DNA of 40,445 bases from Planctomycetaceae bacterium (GTDB taxonomy: Bacteria > Planctomycetota > Planctomycetia > Pirellulales > UBA1268), in contig JBJTPA010000133.1 of NCBI GenBank assembly GCA_046074885.1, forward strand, positions 1 through 40,445, given 5' to 3'. A program made the position numbers and the translations under genes. This document shows, one piece after another, positions 40,343 through 40,445 of the stretch (positions are counted from its first letter, which is position 1; every line of letters begins with the position of its first letter). The notes under the pieces are model-generated. The model did no database searches. It was not told the DNA's origin and worked only from the letters and a program-made list of their open reading frames with translations.

Positions 40343-40445
40343 ATGAATCCAACCGTTTACCTCGAAACAACGATCATCGGCTACCTCGCGATGCAGCCCA
40401 GCGGCGTTCTACGGATCGCTGCCAACCAACAGACCACGCACGAAT
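40343..40445 (+). CDS. Cassette 5: PIN-like protein, paralog of the cassette-3 ORF, 3'-truncated by window end
   Basis: MNPTVYLETTIIGYLAMQPSGVLRIAANQQTTHE aligns with MSAIYVETSIVGYLTARSASDVVFQARQELTRR. Confidence 0.7.
   Translation, partial: MNPTVYLETTIIGYLAMQPSGVLRIAANQQTTHE

Larger units (their letters stand above)
36648..40445 (+). mobile_element. Chromosomal integron (intI plus attI plus at least 5 cassettes), integrase co-oriented with the cassettes; array continues past the window end
   Basis: IntI signature plus four ~88-90-bp attC sites. Each attC R'' is the exact reverse complement of the GTTRRRY-type core at the start of its own cassette. See individual features. Confidence 0.88.

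Overview
High-GC bacterial chromosomal segment. Spot counts of single 60-nt lines give about 70-83% G+C in the core; I did not compute window-wide composition. Gene content looks Planctomycetota-like, which is an inference from gene families only.

Nt 1-9424 is the conserved rplJ(partial)-rplL-rpoB-rpoC block.

Nt 9.5-36.2 kb holds housekeeping and envelope genes:
- a CHAD protein translationally coupled to a formylglycine-generating enzyme
- PolX and a UvrD/PcrA-type helicase
- an exosortase / Wzc-like / EpsI locus, preceded by a prepilin-peptidase-like gene that seems to lack the catalytic motifs
- an LPG-synthase-TM-like protein, NUDIX, YgfZ, RdgB, a parvulin PPIase, ScpB, an extremely acidic small protein and an M28-PDZ lipoprotein peptidase

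Two regions stand out.

1. Nt 36379-40445: tRNA-Ser(GCU), then a frameshifted integron integrase in the same orientation as a downstream cassette array. There are 4 complete cassettes and the start of a 5th. Every boundary is verified by R''/R' complementarity, and the attC stems show compensatory changes. The cassettes have visibly lower G+C (about 55-58% in spot counts) and carry three type II toxin-antitoxin pairs plus the 5' end of a PIN-like toxin gene in the truncated fifth cassette. Cassette 1 encodes an ACP-like ORF whose two halves appear circularly permuted.

2. Nt 15078-17799, minus strand: a tightly packed four-gene module. It comprises a standalone RpoA alpha-CTD-like protein, a 4-TM DUF3592-like membrane protein with a beta-rich C-terminal domain, a free copy of a similar beta-rich domain, and a small P-loop/AAA-like ATPase. 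The last three are chained by GTGA start/stop overlaps. I could not assign it to any described system.

Many long ORFs in the supplied track are antisense or alternate-frame artefacts of the high G+C. No rRNA or CRISPR array was seen. All homology statements come from reading motifs by eye, not from database searches.
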